From IMG/VR virus record IMGVR_UViG_3300037111_000040, positions 57,715 through 121,714 of that record: a stretch of 64,000 nucleotides of DNA; one strand, given 5' to 3'. Positions 37,964 to 46,160 of the stretch are shown piece after piece. Below the pieces are notes generated by a model that worked only from the letters and a program-made list of their open reading frames with translations, was not told the origin of the DNA and did no database searches. Source of the stretch: a virus. Every line of letters starts with the position of its first letter. Position 1 is the stretch's first letter. The translations under genes were made by a program, and so were the position numbers.

Positions 37964-38826
37964 CGCTGACTGTTTGGCTTACATGCGCCTCAAAGCGAGG
38001 CATTTCAATTGAGATGAAACGAACCGGGTGCGATTCCCGGATGTCCCGAAAGGGTTGCCTGACGACTACAGCGGAGAAAAAAATTGGCTTGACTGATTTG
38101 CATACATGCTTTGAGAGCAGGAACACCATGCAGATCGACTACAAGCCATAAAGTTTGTGCTGACTGACTTGCTTACATGTCCTTTGGAGACCGAGGTCGG
38201 AGGTTCGAATCCTTCATCCTCCACCATCAAAGAATTGACGGGGGATTAGCTCAGCGGTAGAGCGCGTAAAATAGCAGATCGACTACAGCACAATGATTTT
38301 GAATTTGGCCTGACAGAAGTGCTTACATGAAGCTCAATTGGTCGAGCATCTGACTCTTAATCAGACGGTAGTTGGTTCAAATCCAACCTGTACCACCCCG
38401 CAAGGGGTAGCACTTCGACTACAGGCCAATAAGTTGTGGCGGGTTAGTCAAAAGCTAACTTCCGGGTCGACTACAGCGGCGACGCTGACTGAGTCGGATA
38501 CATGGAAAAGACGGTTGTATTTGGTTACAACAGTATGGAGGTTCGAATCCTTCACCCGCCACCATCAAGTTTTACTGGGGGACCTAAGAGGTTCCGGAAC
38601 GACTACAGCGATACTGCTGACTGATTCGGATACATGTCTTTTTGGCGCAAGCCAATCTCGGCTCGTAACCGAGTCCCCCAGCCAAGTTTGGGTTGACTGA
38701 AGTGGATACATGACTTTGTTCCGGGGGAAACTCCGGCCCCCTCCACCACCTTATTCGGCTTCATCAATATGGGGGGCGCGAGCCGCAAGGCTCCGCAAAA
38801 TCTAAACCATATCGACTACAACCCAA
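37964..38826 (+). ncRNA. Tandem array of seven Y-RNA-like structured RNAs
   Basis: Seven copies each of TGACWG-N7-TACATG and CGACTACA with covarying closing stems; units approx. 37964-38073, 38085-38148, 38156-38293, 38305-38429, 38438-38563, 38575-38684, 38688-38826; several carry tRNA-like arms. Confidence 0.75.
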
Positions 38827-38849
38827 AAGTTCCTTCCGGGAGGGGAACC

Positions 38850-39410
38850 ATGGCAAGTGGCGACCGTTTCTATCAGCTTGAGTTGCGTCATCGCCCTGCT
38901 CTCATGGGCGACGTAGGCTCCCTCCTCAAAATCGAAGGTATCGTGGTCGGCGGCGAAGGTGCGCAGGCGATCTTCATGCTCCCCGGCTATGTGCTGTGGG
39001 GAGATGGAGAATGGCCGGATGGCGCTGACGTTAAAACCCTGACCGCCGAGCAGTGGTCTGACTGGCTCCAGAGATCGGACAACCCCGAGATACTGGTGAA
39101 CGGATCGCTTGAGAAGGCGTTCCACCGCAAGCTCCGCTACGACATCTCTGGCACCGTCCAGCAGAAGGTGTGGGTCGCTGACGGCTGCAAGTGTCTTTAT
39201 TGTAAGCAGCCTATGGGCCGGGTGCAACTCACAGTGGACCACTTCTGGCCTTTAGAGCAGGGTGGTGTCAATGATCCGTCTGGATACCTTTCAGCGTGCC
39301 GCCGCTGCAATAAGGATAAAGGTGCCATGGACCCGCGTGACTGGTGCGCTCTCAAGGGTCTTGACTATGATTTCTATGTCGAGTATTTGAAAGAGAGAAA
39401 ACTTCCATGA
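38850..39410 (+). CDS. Protein with C-terminal HNH domain
   Basis: 'CLYCK...LTVDHFWPLEQGG...LSACRRCNKDKG'; first gene after the ncRNA array. Confidence 0.75.
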   Translation: MASGDRFYQLELRHRPALMGDVGSLLKIEGIVVGGEGAQAIFMLPGYVLWGDGEWPDGADVKTLTAEQWSDWLQRSDNPEILVNGSLEKAFHRKLRYDISGTVQQKVWVADGCKCLYCKQPMGRVQLTVDHFWPLEQGGVNDPSGYLSACRRCNKDKGAMDPRDWCALKGLDYDFYVEYLKERKLP

Positions 39411-39958
39411 GTCGCATGAACGATGCGGTGACAAAGCTGAGCATGGCCGACTATGTAAGTTATCTTGGAAGAACTTCTGGGCAATCTCTTTATGGCCGCA
39501 TTGAGAAAAATATCAGCCACGAGCCAATGAGTGGTTGTTGGCTTTGGATCGGCTCATCGGACGATAAGGGCTATGCACATATCGGAGCGACGTTACAGGA
39601 TGGCGGAAGAATAGTAATTCGTGTCCACCGTTTCATGTACGTCAAAAAGCATGGGCCACTCGAATTTGGTCAGGTTGTGAGGCATAAGTGCGATGTACGA
39701 TGCTGTGTTAACCCAGACCATCTAATTGTTGGGACTCAACTTGATAATATCCGCGATATGATTCAACGCGGACGCCAGAGGGCCGGAAAAGGTGAGCGAC
39801 ATGCACTATCGGTTTTAACTGAGGAGCGTGTACAAGCAATTCGTAGCCTCGCCGAACAGTGCAATTTTTCGTTCATGAAGTTAGCTCGGATATTTGAGGT
39901 TGACCCGGCAACAATACGTCGCGTGGTTGATCGTGAATCATGGCAGCATGTGGAATAG
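39407..39958 (+). CDS. HNH homing endonuclease
   Basis: 'GCWLWIG...VHRF...VRHKCDVRCCVNPDHL..GTQLDNIRDM' plus HTH. Confidence 0.9.
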   Translation: MSRMNDAVTKLSMADYVSYLGRTSGQSLYGRIEKNISHEPMSGCWLWIGSSDDKGYAHIGATLQDGGRIVIRVHRFMYVKKHGPLEFGQVVRHKCDVRCCVNPDHLIVGTQLDNIRDMIQRGRQRAGKGERHALSVLTEERVQAIRSLAEQCNFSFMKLARIFEVDPATIRRVVDRESWQHVE

Positions 39959-39971
39959 GAGAAATAGGAAA

Positions 39972-41480
39972 ATGACAGAATCTGGTTTAACGAAGCAAAG
40001 AATTTATGCCGAATTGGCACGCAGCCCTCACGGGAAGCTGAGCGACTACATCCCCATCGGCAAGCAAGCCATCGAGCAGGAAGGCGAGTTCTATCAGCAT
40101 CTCGTGGCATGGACGTTTAAGAATTCACAGGTTCGCGATGCGAAGATCGCGCTGCCGGTTCTTGGTCTGGCATACGAAAGCGATTTTGAGCTTCTCGACA
40201 ACAGCATCGCGCACCTCGCGCTGCTCGGCCCGCGTGAGATGCGCAAGGCGTTCGACTTCGTGCGCGAGATGCGCCCGAAGGGAAAGATGTCGCGGATGGA
40301 TCGGATGATCCGCGCCTACCTCCGCCAGAAGGAAGGGGAGAAGGGCTGGGATCACCTTGCCATCCAGCACCGCAAGGTGCTCAAGGCGCTCTACGCTCTT
40401 TCTCGCACCGGTCCGGGCAACCGCCACGTCGCGGCTGTGATCTCCGGCCAGTGGAAGGAGAGCATCAACGGCTCGATGGTCGTGACCAAGCTGGCGTTGC
40501 CAAAGGGATCGATCTTTGAGGCCGTGGCCAACCTGAAGAGCATGTCTCCTGTTGAGGCGGCTGGCGCGATCTTGAGGTTCAGGATTCCGTTCCTTATCGC
40601 CATGGGCGCGCTCGGGGAGAAGGCCAAGGACACTGATCTTGTTCTTGCTCTGATCGAACGCATGTCGCCGACCGAGTTGACGACGAACGTGAAGATGCTG
40701 GAGAAGCTGGGCATGAAGAACAACCCAGCGCTTCGCGGTGCGTTCGAGAAGGCGATGGAGAAGGCTGCGAAGTCGAAGAAGAACACGCTGAAGACGACTC
40801 AGGCCGTCGACGCCGTCGAGGACGAGGGGCTGAAGGAGAAGCTCCGTGGGCTCCAGAAGCAGCAGATCGCTGCGGCTGGCGGACCGGAGGGCAACTGGCT
40901 TGTGCTTGCCGACAAGAGCGGAAGCATGAGGGTGGCCATCGAGGTCGCACGGCAGGTTTCGGCACAGCTTGCTCAGTTCGTCAAGGGCAAGGTGTGGCTG
41001 GTGTTCTTCGACGTTGTCCCGATGACGGTGGACGTGACCGGGCTTTCGCTCGATCAAATCCAGAAGGCAACGCGGCACATTCGCGCAGACGGAGGCACTT
41101 CCATCGGATGCGGTTTGAACCGGATGCTGGAGGAGAAGATCGAGGTCGACGGCATCGCCGTTGTTTCAGACGGCGGCGAGAACACGGCTCCGTTCTTCCA
41201 CAACGTCTACAAGAAGTATTCGGAGTTCGTGGGCAAGGAAGTGCCGGTCTACTTCTACAGCACGAGCGGCGACAACAACACGTTCAGCGGCTACCTGAAC
41301 AACGCAGGGATCGAGTCGCAGATGTTTGACCTTCGTGGAAGCCAGATCGATTACTATTCCCTGCCGAACCTCGTTCAGTCAATGCGTTCGAATCGCTATA
41401 GTTTGGTGGACGAGATTCTGACAACTCCGCTCTTGTCGCTCAGCGACGTGCTCAAGATCGGTGAACTGGTTGGTGCGTAA
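39972..41480 (+). CDS. Ro60/TROVE-like protein (helical N-domain plus C-terminal vWA)
   Basis: About 502 aa; ~310-aa all-helical N-part, then MIDAS 'DKSGSM', 'GGTS', 'VSDGGEN'; adjacent to Y-like RNAs. Confidence 0.65.
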   Translation: MTESGLTKQRIYAELARSPHGKLSDYIPIGKQAIEQEGEFYQHLVAWTFKNSQVRDAKIALPVLGLAYESDFELLDNSIAHLALLGPREMRKAFDFVREMRPKGKMSRMDRMIRAYLRQKEGEKGWDHLAIQHRKVLKALYALSRTGPGNRHVAAVISGQWKESINGSMVVTKLALPKGSIFEAVANLKSMSPVEAAGAILRFRIPFLIAMGALGEKAKDTDLVLALIERMSPTELTTNVKMLEKLGMKNNPALRGAFEKAMEKAAKSKKNTLKTTQAVDAVEDEGLKEKLRGLQKQQIAAAGGPEGNWLVLADKSGSMRVAIEVARQVSAQLAQFVKGKVWLVFFDVVPMTVDVTGLSLDQIQKATRHIRADGGTSIGCGLNRMLEEKIEVDGIAVVSDGGENTAPFFHNVYKKYSEFVGKEVPVYFYSTSGDNNTFSGYLNNAGIESQMFDLRGSQIDYYSLPNLVQSMRSNRYSLVDEILTTPLLSLSDVLKIGELVGA

Positions 41481-41557
41481 TGCCGAAGAAGATTCCAATG
41501 AAGAGGAAGAACATCTTTGTCAACCCCGGTATGGAGAAGACGGAAAGGAGGAAGCCT

Positions 41558-41857
41558 ATGCTTCAGGAATTCAAGAACTTCAATGTGGACGCTGCATCCA
41601 TCGACGAGCTTGTTGCGTTGTCGGCGTTTGGCAAGCAGCTTCGCGGTGAGTTCGAGGCCCAGAAGGTTGCGGTACCCGAGTACGTTTCGGACAACCTGAA
41701 CACCCTCGCTCGCGAGATCGACTCGCGCATGGCCGACCGCCGTGCAACGCGTATCCGTGAGTTGAAGTCGCAGCGCGACAGTCTCAAGACTGCGCAGGAG
41801 AAGCGCGATTCCATCGACAAGGAACTGGCCGCACTTGGCGAGCCTGTCGGCGCGTAA
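41558..41857 (+). CDS. Small coiled-coil protein
   Basis: AGGAGG RBS before MLQEFK; last gene of the operon. Confidence 0.65.
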   Translation: MLQEFKNFNVDAASIDELVALSAFGKQLRGEFEAQKVAVPEYVSDNLNTLAREIDSRMADRRATRIRELKSQRDSLKTAQEKRDSIDKELAALGEPVGA

Positions 41858-41886
41858 CATTTTCTTGGTTGCCACACTTGGCAGTG

Positions 41887-41914
41887 GGCACGGTGCGAGC
41901 CGTGCCCTTTTTTT
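41887..41914 (+). terminator. Rho-independent terminator
   Basis: GGCACGG-TGCGAG-CCGTGCC followed by a T run, between convergent genes. Confidence 0.8.
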
Positions 41915-41916
41915 GT

Positions 41917-42357
41917 CTACCTTTTTTTCTGCCAGTAGCCGTACACGCACCGCGTCCCATCGCGGGACGGATCGTAGGTGTCGCGGTTGACGCCGTCGAT
42001 CACTGCGGTCCAGTGCTTGCTGACCGAGACGACCAGCCGCCCCATTGGTAGCTCGCCGTCCCTGAGATGCACCTTGCATCCTTGGCCGATGAGCATCGTG
42101 GCCGTCCACTCGAAGCCGAGGTCATGCATGTAGTCGAGGAACCATAGCCGCTTCACGCTGACCCCGTTGCGTGCGCTGGCGCTCCGCTTCTTCGAGCGCT
42201 TGGTTATCCTCTGGCTCCCCATCCCCTCAGCCAAGGCCGCGTAGACCTTGGCGTATGGCTTGCCGCTCGCGATGGCAACGGCTCGGGCAACGCAGTCGCC
42301 TGCGTCACCCTTGAAGCCTGCCGCCGCACGCCCACCATCATCGTAGACGTACTTCAC
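41917..42357 (-). CDS. Hypothetical phage protein, possibly papain-like fold
   Basis: 'GDCVARAVAIA...HWTAVIDGV..DTYD' Cys/His/Asp arrangement. Confidence 0.6.
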   Translation of the reverse strand: MKYVYDDGGRAAAGFKGDAGDCVARAVAIASGKPYAKVYAALAEGMGSQRITKRSKKRSASARNGVSVKRLWFLDYMHDLGFEWTATMLIGQGCKVHLRDGELPMGRLVVSVSKHWTAVIDGVNRDTYDPSRDGTRCVYGYWQKKR

Positions 42358-42710
42358 TTGCGCCCTCCCTTCTTCGCGCGCATGAATCCGGGAAGCTCGC
42401 CGCGATCCTTGCGCTCCTGAGCTACGCGCTTCGACGCCTTGGAGCGTCTCCGGGCTGTGAGCGCATCACGCTGTGAGGCGATCAGCGATGCAACCTTCGG
42501 AGGGAGGCATACGCGAACGAGCCCATTCTCGTCCGCGACCTCGATGAAGATGTGATCGCCCTGATCTTCGTGGCGGCACGTCTCGACAATGTAGGTTTCT
42601 GACTTGCCGGTGATCGATTGCACATTTTTGATGGTGGATGGTTTGGTGAACATCGCCACGTCGTGTAGACCGCCGCGAATCCTGTCGTACTTGCTGATTT
42701 GGTCATCCAT
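42354..42710 (-). CDS. Hypothetical protein
   Basis: AGGAGG RBS; 4-nt overlap with the next gene. Confidence 0.6.
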   Translation of the reverse strand: MDDQISKYDRIRGGLHDVAMFTKPSTIKNVQSITGKSETYIVETCRHEDQGDHIFIEVADENGLVRVCLPPKVASLIASQRDALTARRRSKASKRVAQERKDRGELPGFMRAKKGGRK

Positions 42711-42904
42711 GTTTTTCTTTCCTCCTATATCTATTTTCTCATTGACCATTCTCAAACATGCATGAATACAGGCGATTCACCACTTCTAGCGTTCGTAAGT
42801 AACTGACAGTACGATGTGAAAATAAAATACTTGACAAGAATTTCCAATTTTTGCACTTGCGCTCTAACTCTGCACCGTGCGACCCTGATTCGGGAGGAGC
42901 CACC

Positions 42905-43414
42905 ATGAGCGACAATTTCCAGTGTCCGCGCCGATCTGAGAGTCACATCGGAACGTCTCCAGTGTTCGCCCGCGACAATGACTACGACCCCTCGGATGAC
43001 ACTTGCCAGTACTGCGGCTCGCTCAATCCTGATACCCTGATCGCGCGGCTTGAGGCTGGGGATGTGCTGTTGGGATCGACGGACAAAAACTACAAAGTCT
43101 ACGTCGAGAACAACGGTGGCGCTCCGTTCAAGCAGAGCTTCCGGGATTGCCCGAAAGACAAGAAGATGACTGGATTCGGAGGCAACGAATACTTCGTGAG
43201 CAGTTGCGATGGCGGTCCCGATGCGTGTACTCACTGGGTGACGCGTGAAACGTCAGAGACGAAATTTTATTTCCCGCATTTGAGCGACGAGCAGAGGACG
43301 CGATTCATCGAGTTGTTCAACGAGAAGCGGATCAAGTTCTCTGGAGGTTACGGCTTCTACGTCATGCCGTTCTTCTGCCGCGCCGCCCCCGCAACCCAAA
43401 AGTCAGACTCTTGA
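42905..43414 (+). CDS. Hypothetical protein
   Basis: GGAGGAG RBS; 'DTCQYCGSLNPD...STDKNYKVYV...KFYFPHL'. Confidence 0.65.
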   Translation: MSDNFQCPRRSESHIGTSPVFARDNDYDPSDDTCQYCGSLNPDTLIARLEAGDVLLGSTDKNYKVYVENNGGAPFKQSFRDCPKDKKMTGFGGNEYFVSSCDGGPDACTHWVTRETSETKFYFPHLSDEQRTRFIELFNEKRIKFSGGYGFYVMPFFCRAAPATQKSDS

Positions 43415-43481
43415 CGACTCTCCGACCTAAAGGACGGAGATTCTAGAGCCCTCGCGGGCTCCATTGGCTAAAACAGCCTGC

Positions 43482-44606
43482 TCAGACTACGCATAGCGTT
43501 ACTCCGCTTACGTTAGCGTCTGATAGCTCTGCCCGAGCTAATATGTTTACTGCCCCGTTCCTGTCCGCGTGGTCCGTGTGTCCACAGGAGACGCAGAGGA
43601 ATAGCTCCTGAGTCTTCCTGTTGTCTTTGGATACATGATCGCACTTGGCACAGGTCTGGGATGTGTACTTTGGGTCTACGGCAACGAACATCCTACCGGC
43701 CCATTCTGCCTTGTAGGATAGTTGCCTAAACCATTCTGCCCAACTCACGTCTAGAACATGTTTGGCAAGGTTGCCCTTGGACATGCCAGAGACGTTTAAA
43801 TCTTCTACCGCGATAGCATCGTACTTCTGAATCACTGCTGTCGATAGTTTATGGAGGAAGTTCGCGCGCTTGTTGGCAACACGTTGGTGGACTTTCTTTA
43901 GCAGGATAACTGCCTTGCGCCTACGATTAGATCCCTTCTTGCGCCGAGCAACTTTCCGCTGTGCTCTGCGGAGTTCTGCTTGAGCGTTCTGGTAGATTCG
44001 AGGGTTTGGAATCGCCGTACCATCAGAGAATGTGGCGAACGACGCGATGCCTACGTCTATGCCTACCGGCAATCCAGTGGACGGCAACGGCACGGGCTCG
44101 AACTCAAATGTGATCGTCGCGTACCATCCATCTGCTTCGCGTTTGATTGTACACAGCTTGAGCACAGCATCATTCGGGAGCGGACGAGACAACCGCACCT
44201 TGACGTTCCCGATCTTGGAGAGCGATAGTTGATTTCCCTGGAGAGACCAGCCCGTATTATTGAACGCGAAGGAGTTGAAACGATCCCTGCCTTTGAACCG
44301 AGGGAATCCAGGAGCACCGCCAAGTTTGCAGCGACGAAAGAAGTTCTGATAGGCAACGTCGAGCTTCTTTAGAACGTTCTGTAGCACCTGGGAATGGACT
44401 GTTTTGTACTCGGGGACGGCTTCCTTGATTGCAGGCAACTGCTTATCCTGATCGAATCTGCCAACACGTTGGTGGAGTTTATAGGCCCCGATGCGCTCTT
44501 GCAGGGCATCGTTGTATAAAGATCGGCACAGAAACAAGGTCTGGTCCAGCGCCACACGCTGTGCCTTGTTGGGAACTAGCCGATATTTGTGAGTCTTGAC
44601 TGACAT
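43482..44606 (-). CDS. tnpB: RNA-guided nuclease TnpB
   Basis: RuvC 'GIDVG', 'VEDL', 'HADRNGAVNI'; Zn ribbon 'TSQTCAKC...CVSCG'. Confidence 0.95.
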   Translation of the reverse strand: MSVKTHKYRLVPNKAQRVALDQTLFLCRSLYNDALQERIGAYKLHQRVGRFDQDKQLPAIKEAVPEYKTVHSQVLQNVLKKLDVAYQNFFRRCKLGGAPGFPRFKGRDRFNSFAFNNTGWSLQGNQLSLSKIGNVKVRLSRPLPNDAVLKLCTIKREADGWYATITFEFEPVPLPSTGLPVGIDVGIASFATFSDGTAIPNPRIYQNAQAELRRAQRKVARRKKGSNRRRKAVILLKKVHQRVANKRANFLHKLSTAVIQKYDAIAVEDLNVSGMSKGNLAKHVLDVSWAEWFRQLSYKAEWAGRMFVAVDPKYTSQTCAKCDHVSKDNRKTQELFLCVSCGHTDHADRNGAVNILARAELSDANVSGVTLCVV

Positions 44607-44631
44607 GATGTCTCCACTATACACTTGGTCT

Positions 44632-45051
44632 ATGAGTGATGCAAGCGAAATCCGACACGGCAGACACTGTGTTTTCCAGATTCATGTTCATTTGGTCTTT
44701 GTGACCAAGTACAGGCGCAAAGTCTTTGACAAAAGTGCCATTGACAGTTTGCGAACTATATTCAAGAACGTTGCCACAGACTTTGAAGCCGATCTAGTCG
44801 AGATGGACGGGGAGCAAGATCACGTTCATCTTTTGGTCAACTACCCACCAAAGCACTCTGTATCTGCTATGGTCAACAGTCTCAAAGGCGTCTCCAGTCG
44901 CCTGCTCAGACTCGAACGTCCCGATATCCAGAAGCGCTATTGGAAAGGCGTCCTCTGGTCTCCAAGCTACTTTGCTGCATCATGCGGAGGAGCACCGTTA
45001 GGTATCATCAAGCAATACATAGAGCAACAGAACACTCCAGAATCCGCGTAG
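44632..45051 (+). CDS. tnpA: IS200-type Y1 transposase
   Basis: 'HLVFVTKYRR', HUH 'DHVHLL', 'LWSPSYF', 'IKQYIEQQ'. Confidence 0.95.
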   Translation: MSDASEIRHGRHCVFQIHVHLVFVTKYRRKVFDKSAIDSLRTIFKNVATDFEADLVEMDGEQDHVHLLVNYPPKHSVSAMVNSLKGVSSRLLRLERPDIQKRYWKGVLWSPSYFAASCGGAPLGIIKQYIEQQNTPESA

Positions 45052-45155
45052 CCGCCTTTCGTATCAACCCCTAAAGGGGCTGAACTCTTGACGACCAGCT
45101 ATCCATCCCCGAGCTGAAGCACGGGGCTTTTCGCTGAACTCAGGTAATTTTTTAC

Positions 45156-45184
45156 TTGCAAAGAATCCGAAACAGGTGTAGGCT
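45156..45184 (+). promoter_or_regulatory. Sigma70-like promoter of tRNA array 3
   Basis: TTGCAA-17 nt-TAGGCT. Confidence 0.65.
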
Positions 45185-45191
45185 GAATTTC

Positions 45192-45281
45192 GTGCAGATA
45201 AGGTCCAAATCCGTGAGAACCTCCATGACCGGGACCAAGCGGGTCATTTGGGGAGTTGTGCGCGAGGGTTGGGACGACTAA
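45192..45281 (+). CDS. Attenuator leader peptide 3 (MQIRSKSVRTSMTGTKRVIWGVVREGWDD)
   Basis: GTG 7 nt after -10; codons match the 12 downstream anticodons. Confidence 0.8.
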   Translation: MQIRSKSVRTSMTGTKRVIWGVVREGWDD

Positions 45282-45306
45282 TCTGCAATCAGATTCGAGT
45301 CCACAG

Positions 45307-45339
45307 ACCCTCGGCTCAGGCCGGGGGTTTTTGTTGTTT
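45307..45339 (+). terminator. Attenuator terminator upstream of tRNA array 3
   Basis: ACCCTCGGC-TCAG-GCCGGGGGT-TTTTGTTGTTT; competing helix CGAGGGT(45263-45269)/ACCCTCG(45307-45313). Confidence 0.8.
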
Positions 45340-45347
45340 GACAATAC

Positions 45348-45423
45348 GGGGGCGTAAGCTTAGCGGCTAAACTGTCGGATTCCAAACCCGAACTCGCAGG
45401 TTCGAGTCCTGCCGCCCCCGCCA
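45348..45423 (+). tRNA. tRNA-Trp(CCA)
   Basis: TCGG..TT CCA AA..CCGA, G73-CCA. Confidence 0.9.
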
Positions 45424-45428
45424 TATTT

Positions 45429-45502
45429 GCCGCGTACCCGAGATGGGACGACGCTCTCATAAGGCGTTCGGAGTAAGGGTTCGCTTCCCTCGCGCGGCAC
45501 CA
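45429..45502 (+). tRNA. tRNA-Met/Ile2(CAT)
   Basis: ACGCT-CT CAT AA-GGCGT, CCA; short D arm. Confidence 0.75.
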
Positions 45503-45511
45503 AGTGTTGTT

Positions 45512-45605
45512 GGGGGATAGCATCGGCTGTGCGGCGGAGCCTTATAAACTCTGGAGAGCGCCAGATTAGCGCAACGGCACGGTTCAACTCCGTGATCCCC
45601 TACCA
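45512..45605 (+). tRNA. tRNA-Ile(TAT) with long variable arm
   Basis: GGAG..CT TAT AA..CTCT; extra GCGC/GCGC arm; CACGG/CCGTG T stem; CCA. Confidence 0.75.
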
Positions 45606-45606
45606 T

Positions 45607-45683
45607 CCCGACGTAGCTCAAATGGGCAGAGCAACCGGCTCTTAACCGGAAGGTTGGAGGATCGTGGCCTCTCGTCGGGACCA
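45607..45683 (+). tRNA. tRNA-Lys(CTT)
   Basis: CCGG-CT CTT AA-CCGG, CCA. Confidence 0.85.
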
Positions 45684-45689
45684 AGTTAC

Positions 45690-45764
45690 GGGATGCAAGC
45701 TTTAATGCTGAAGCAACCGGCTTTTAACCGGAAGAACGGGGATGGTTACCCCGGCATCCCACCA
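45690..45764 (+). tRNA. tRNA-Lys(TTT)
   Basis: CCGG-CT TTT AA-CCGG, CCA; atypical T loop. Confidence 0.8.
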
Positions 45765-45765
45765 T

Positions 45766-45840
45766 GAGCCTATCGTCTAACGCATAAGACGCCGGTCTTC
45801 TAAACCGAGAATCTGAGTTGAACTCTCAGTGGGCTCTCCA
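45766..45840 (+). tRNA. tRNA-Arg(TCT)
   Basis: CGGT-CT TCT AA-ACCG, CCA. Confidence 0.85.
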
Positions 45841-45841
45841 T

Positions 45842-45917
45842 CAACTCGTGGTGAAAATGGAGATCACGGAAACCTCCTAAGTTTCAGTTCTGGATTCGAG
45901 TTCCAGCGGGTTGACCA
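45842..45917 (+). tRNA. tRNA-Arg(CCT)
   Basis: GAAAC-CT CCT AA-GTTTC, CCA. Confidence 0.85.
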
Positions 45918-45924
45918 AAGTTTT

Positions 45925-45999
45925 GCAGGCGTGGTGAAACGGAAATCACAGAGGTCTCCGGAACCTCAATTCGCAGTTCAAATCTGCGCGCTTGCACCA
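45925..45999 (+). tRNA. tRNA-Arg(CCG)
   Basis: GAGGT-CT CCG GA-ACCTC, CCA. Confidence 0.85.
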
Positions 46000-46000
46000 T

Positions 46001-46074
46001 GGGGGATTAGTTCAACGGAAGAACACCTGTCTTACAAGCAGGCTACGAGGGCTCGACTCCTTCATCCCCCACCA
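46001..46074 (+). tRNA. tRNA-Val(TAC)
   Basis: CCTGT-CT TAC AA-GCAGG, CCA. Confidence 0.9.
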
Positions 46075-46081
46075 AATTTTG

Positions 46082-46156
46082 GGCCGGATAGGTTAACGAG
46101 AAAACCTCTTGCTCGGTAAGCAAGAATTGTCGGGGCAGTTCCGACTCTGGCCTCCA
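46082..46156 (+). tRNA. tRNA-Thr(GGT)
   Basis: CTTGC-TC GGT AA-GCAAG, CCA. Confidence 0.8.
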
Positions 46157-46160
46157 TTTT

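Larger units (their letters stand above)
43411..45143 (-). mobile_element. IS200/IS605-family insertion sequence (divergent tnpA and tnpB)
   Basis: Subterminal hairpins at about 43419-43440 and 45106-45127; minus-strand right end ...GTCGTCAA; TTAC next to the left end; boundaries approximate. Confidence 0.8.

Noticed and set aside
37964-38826. CRISPR array interpretation of the recurring motifs
   Set aside because: The repeats are bipartite, short, irregularly spaced, covary as helices and reverse order in two units; no cas operon is present.
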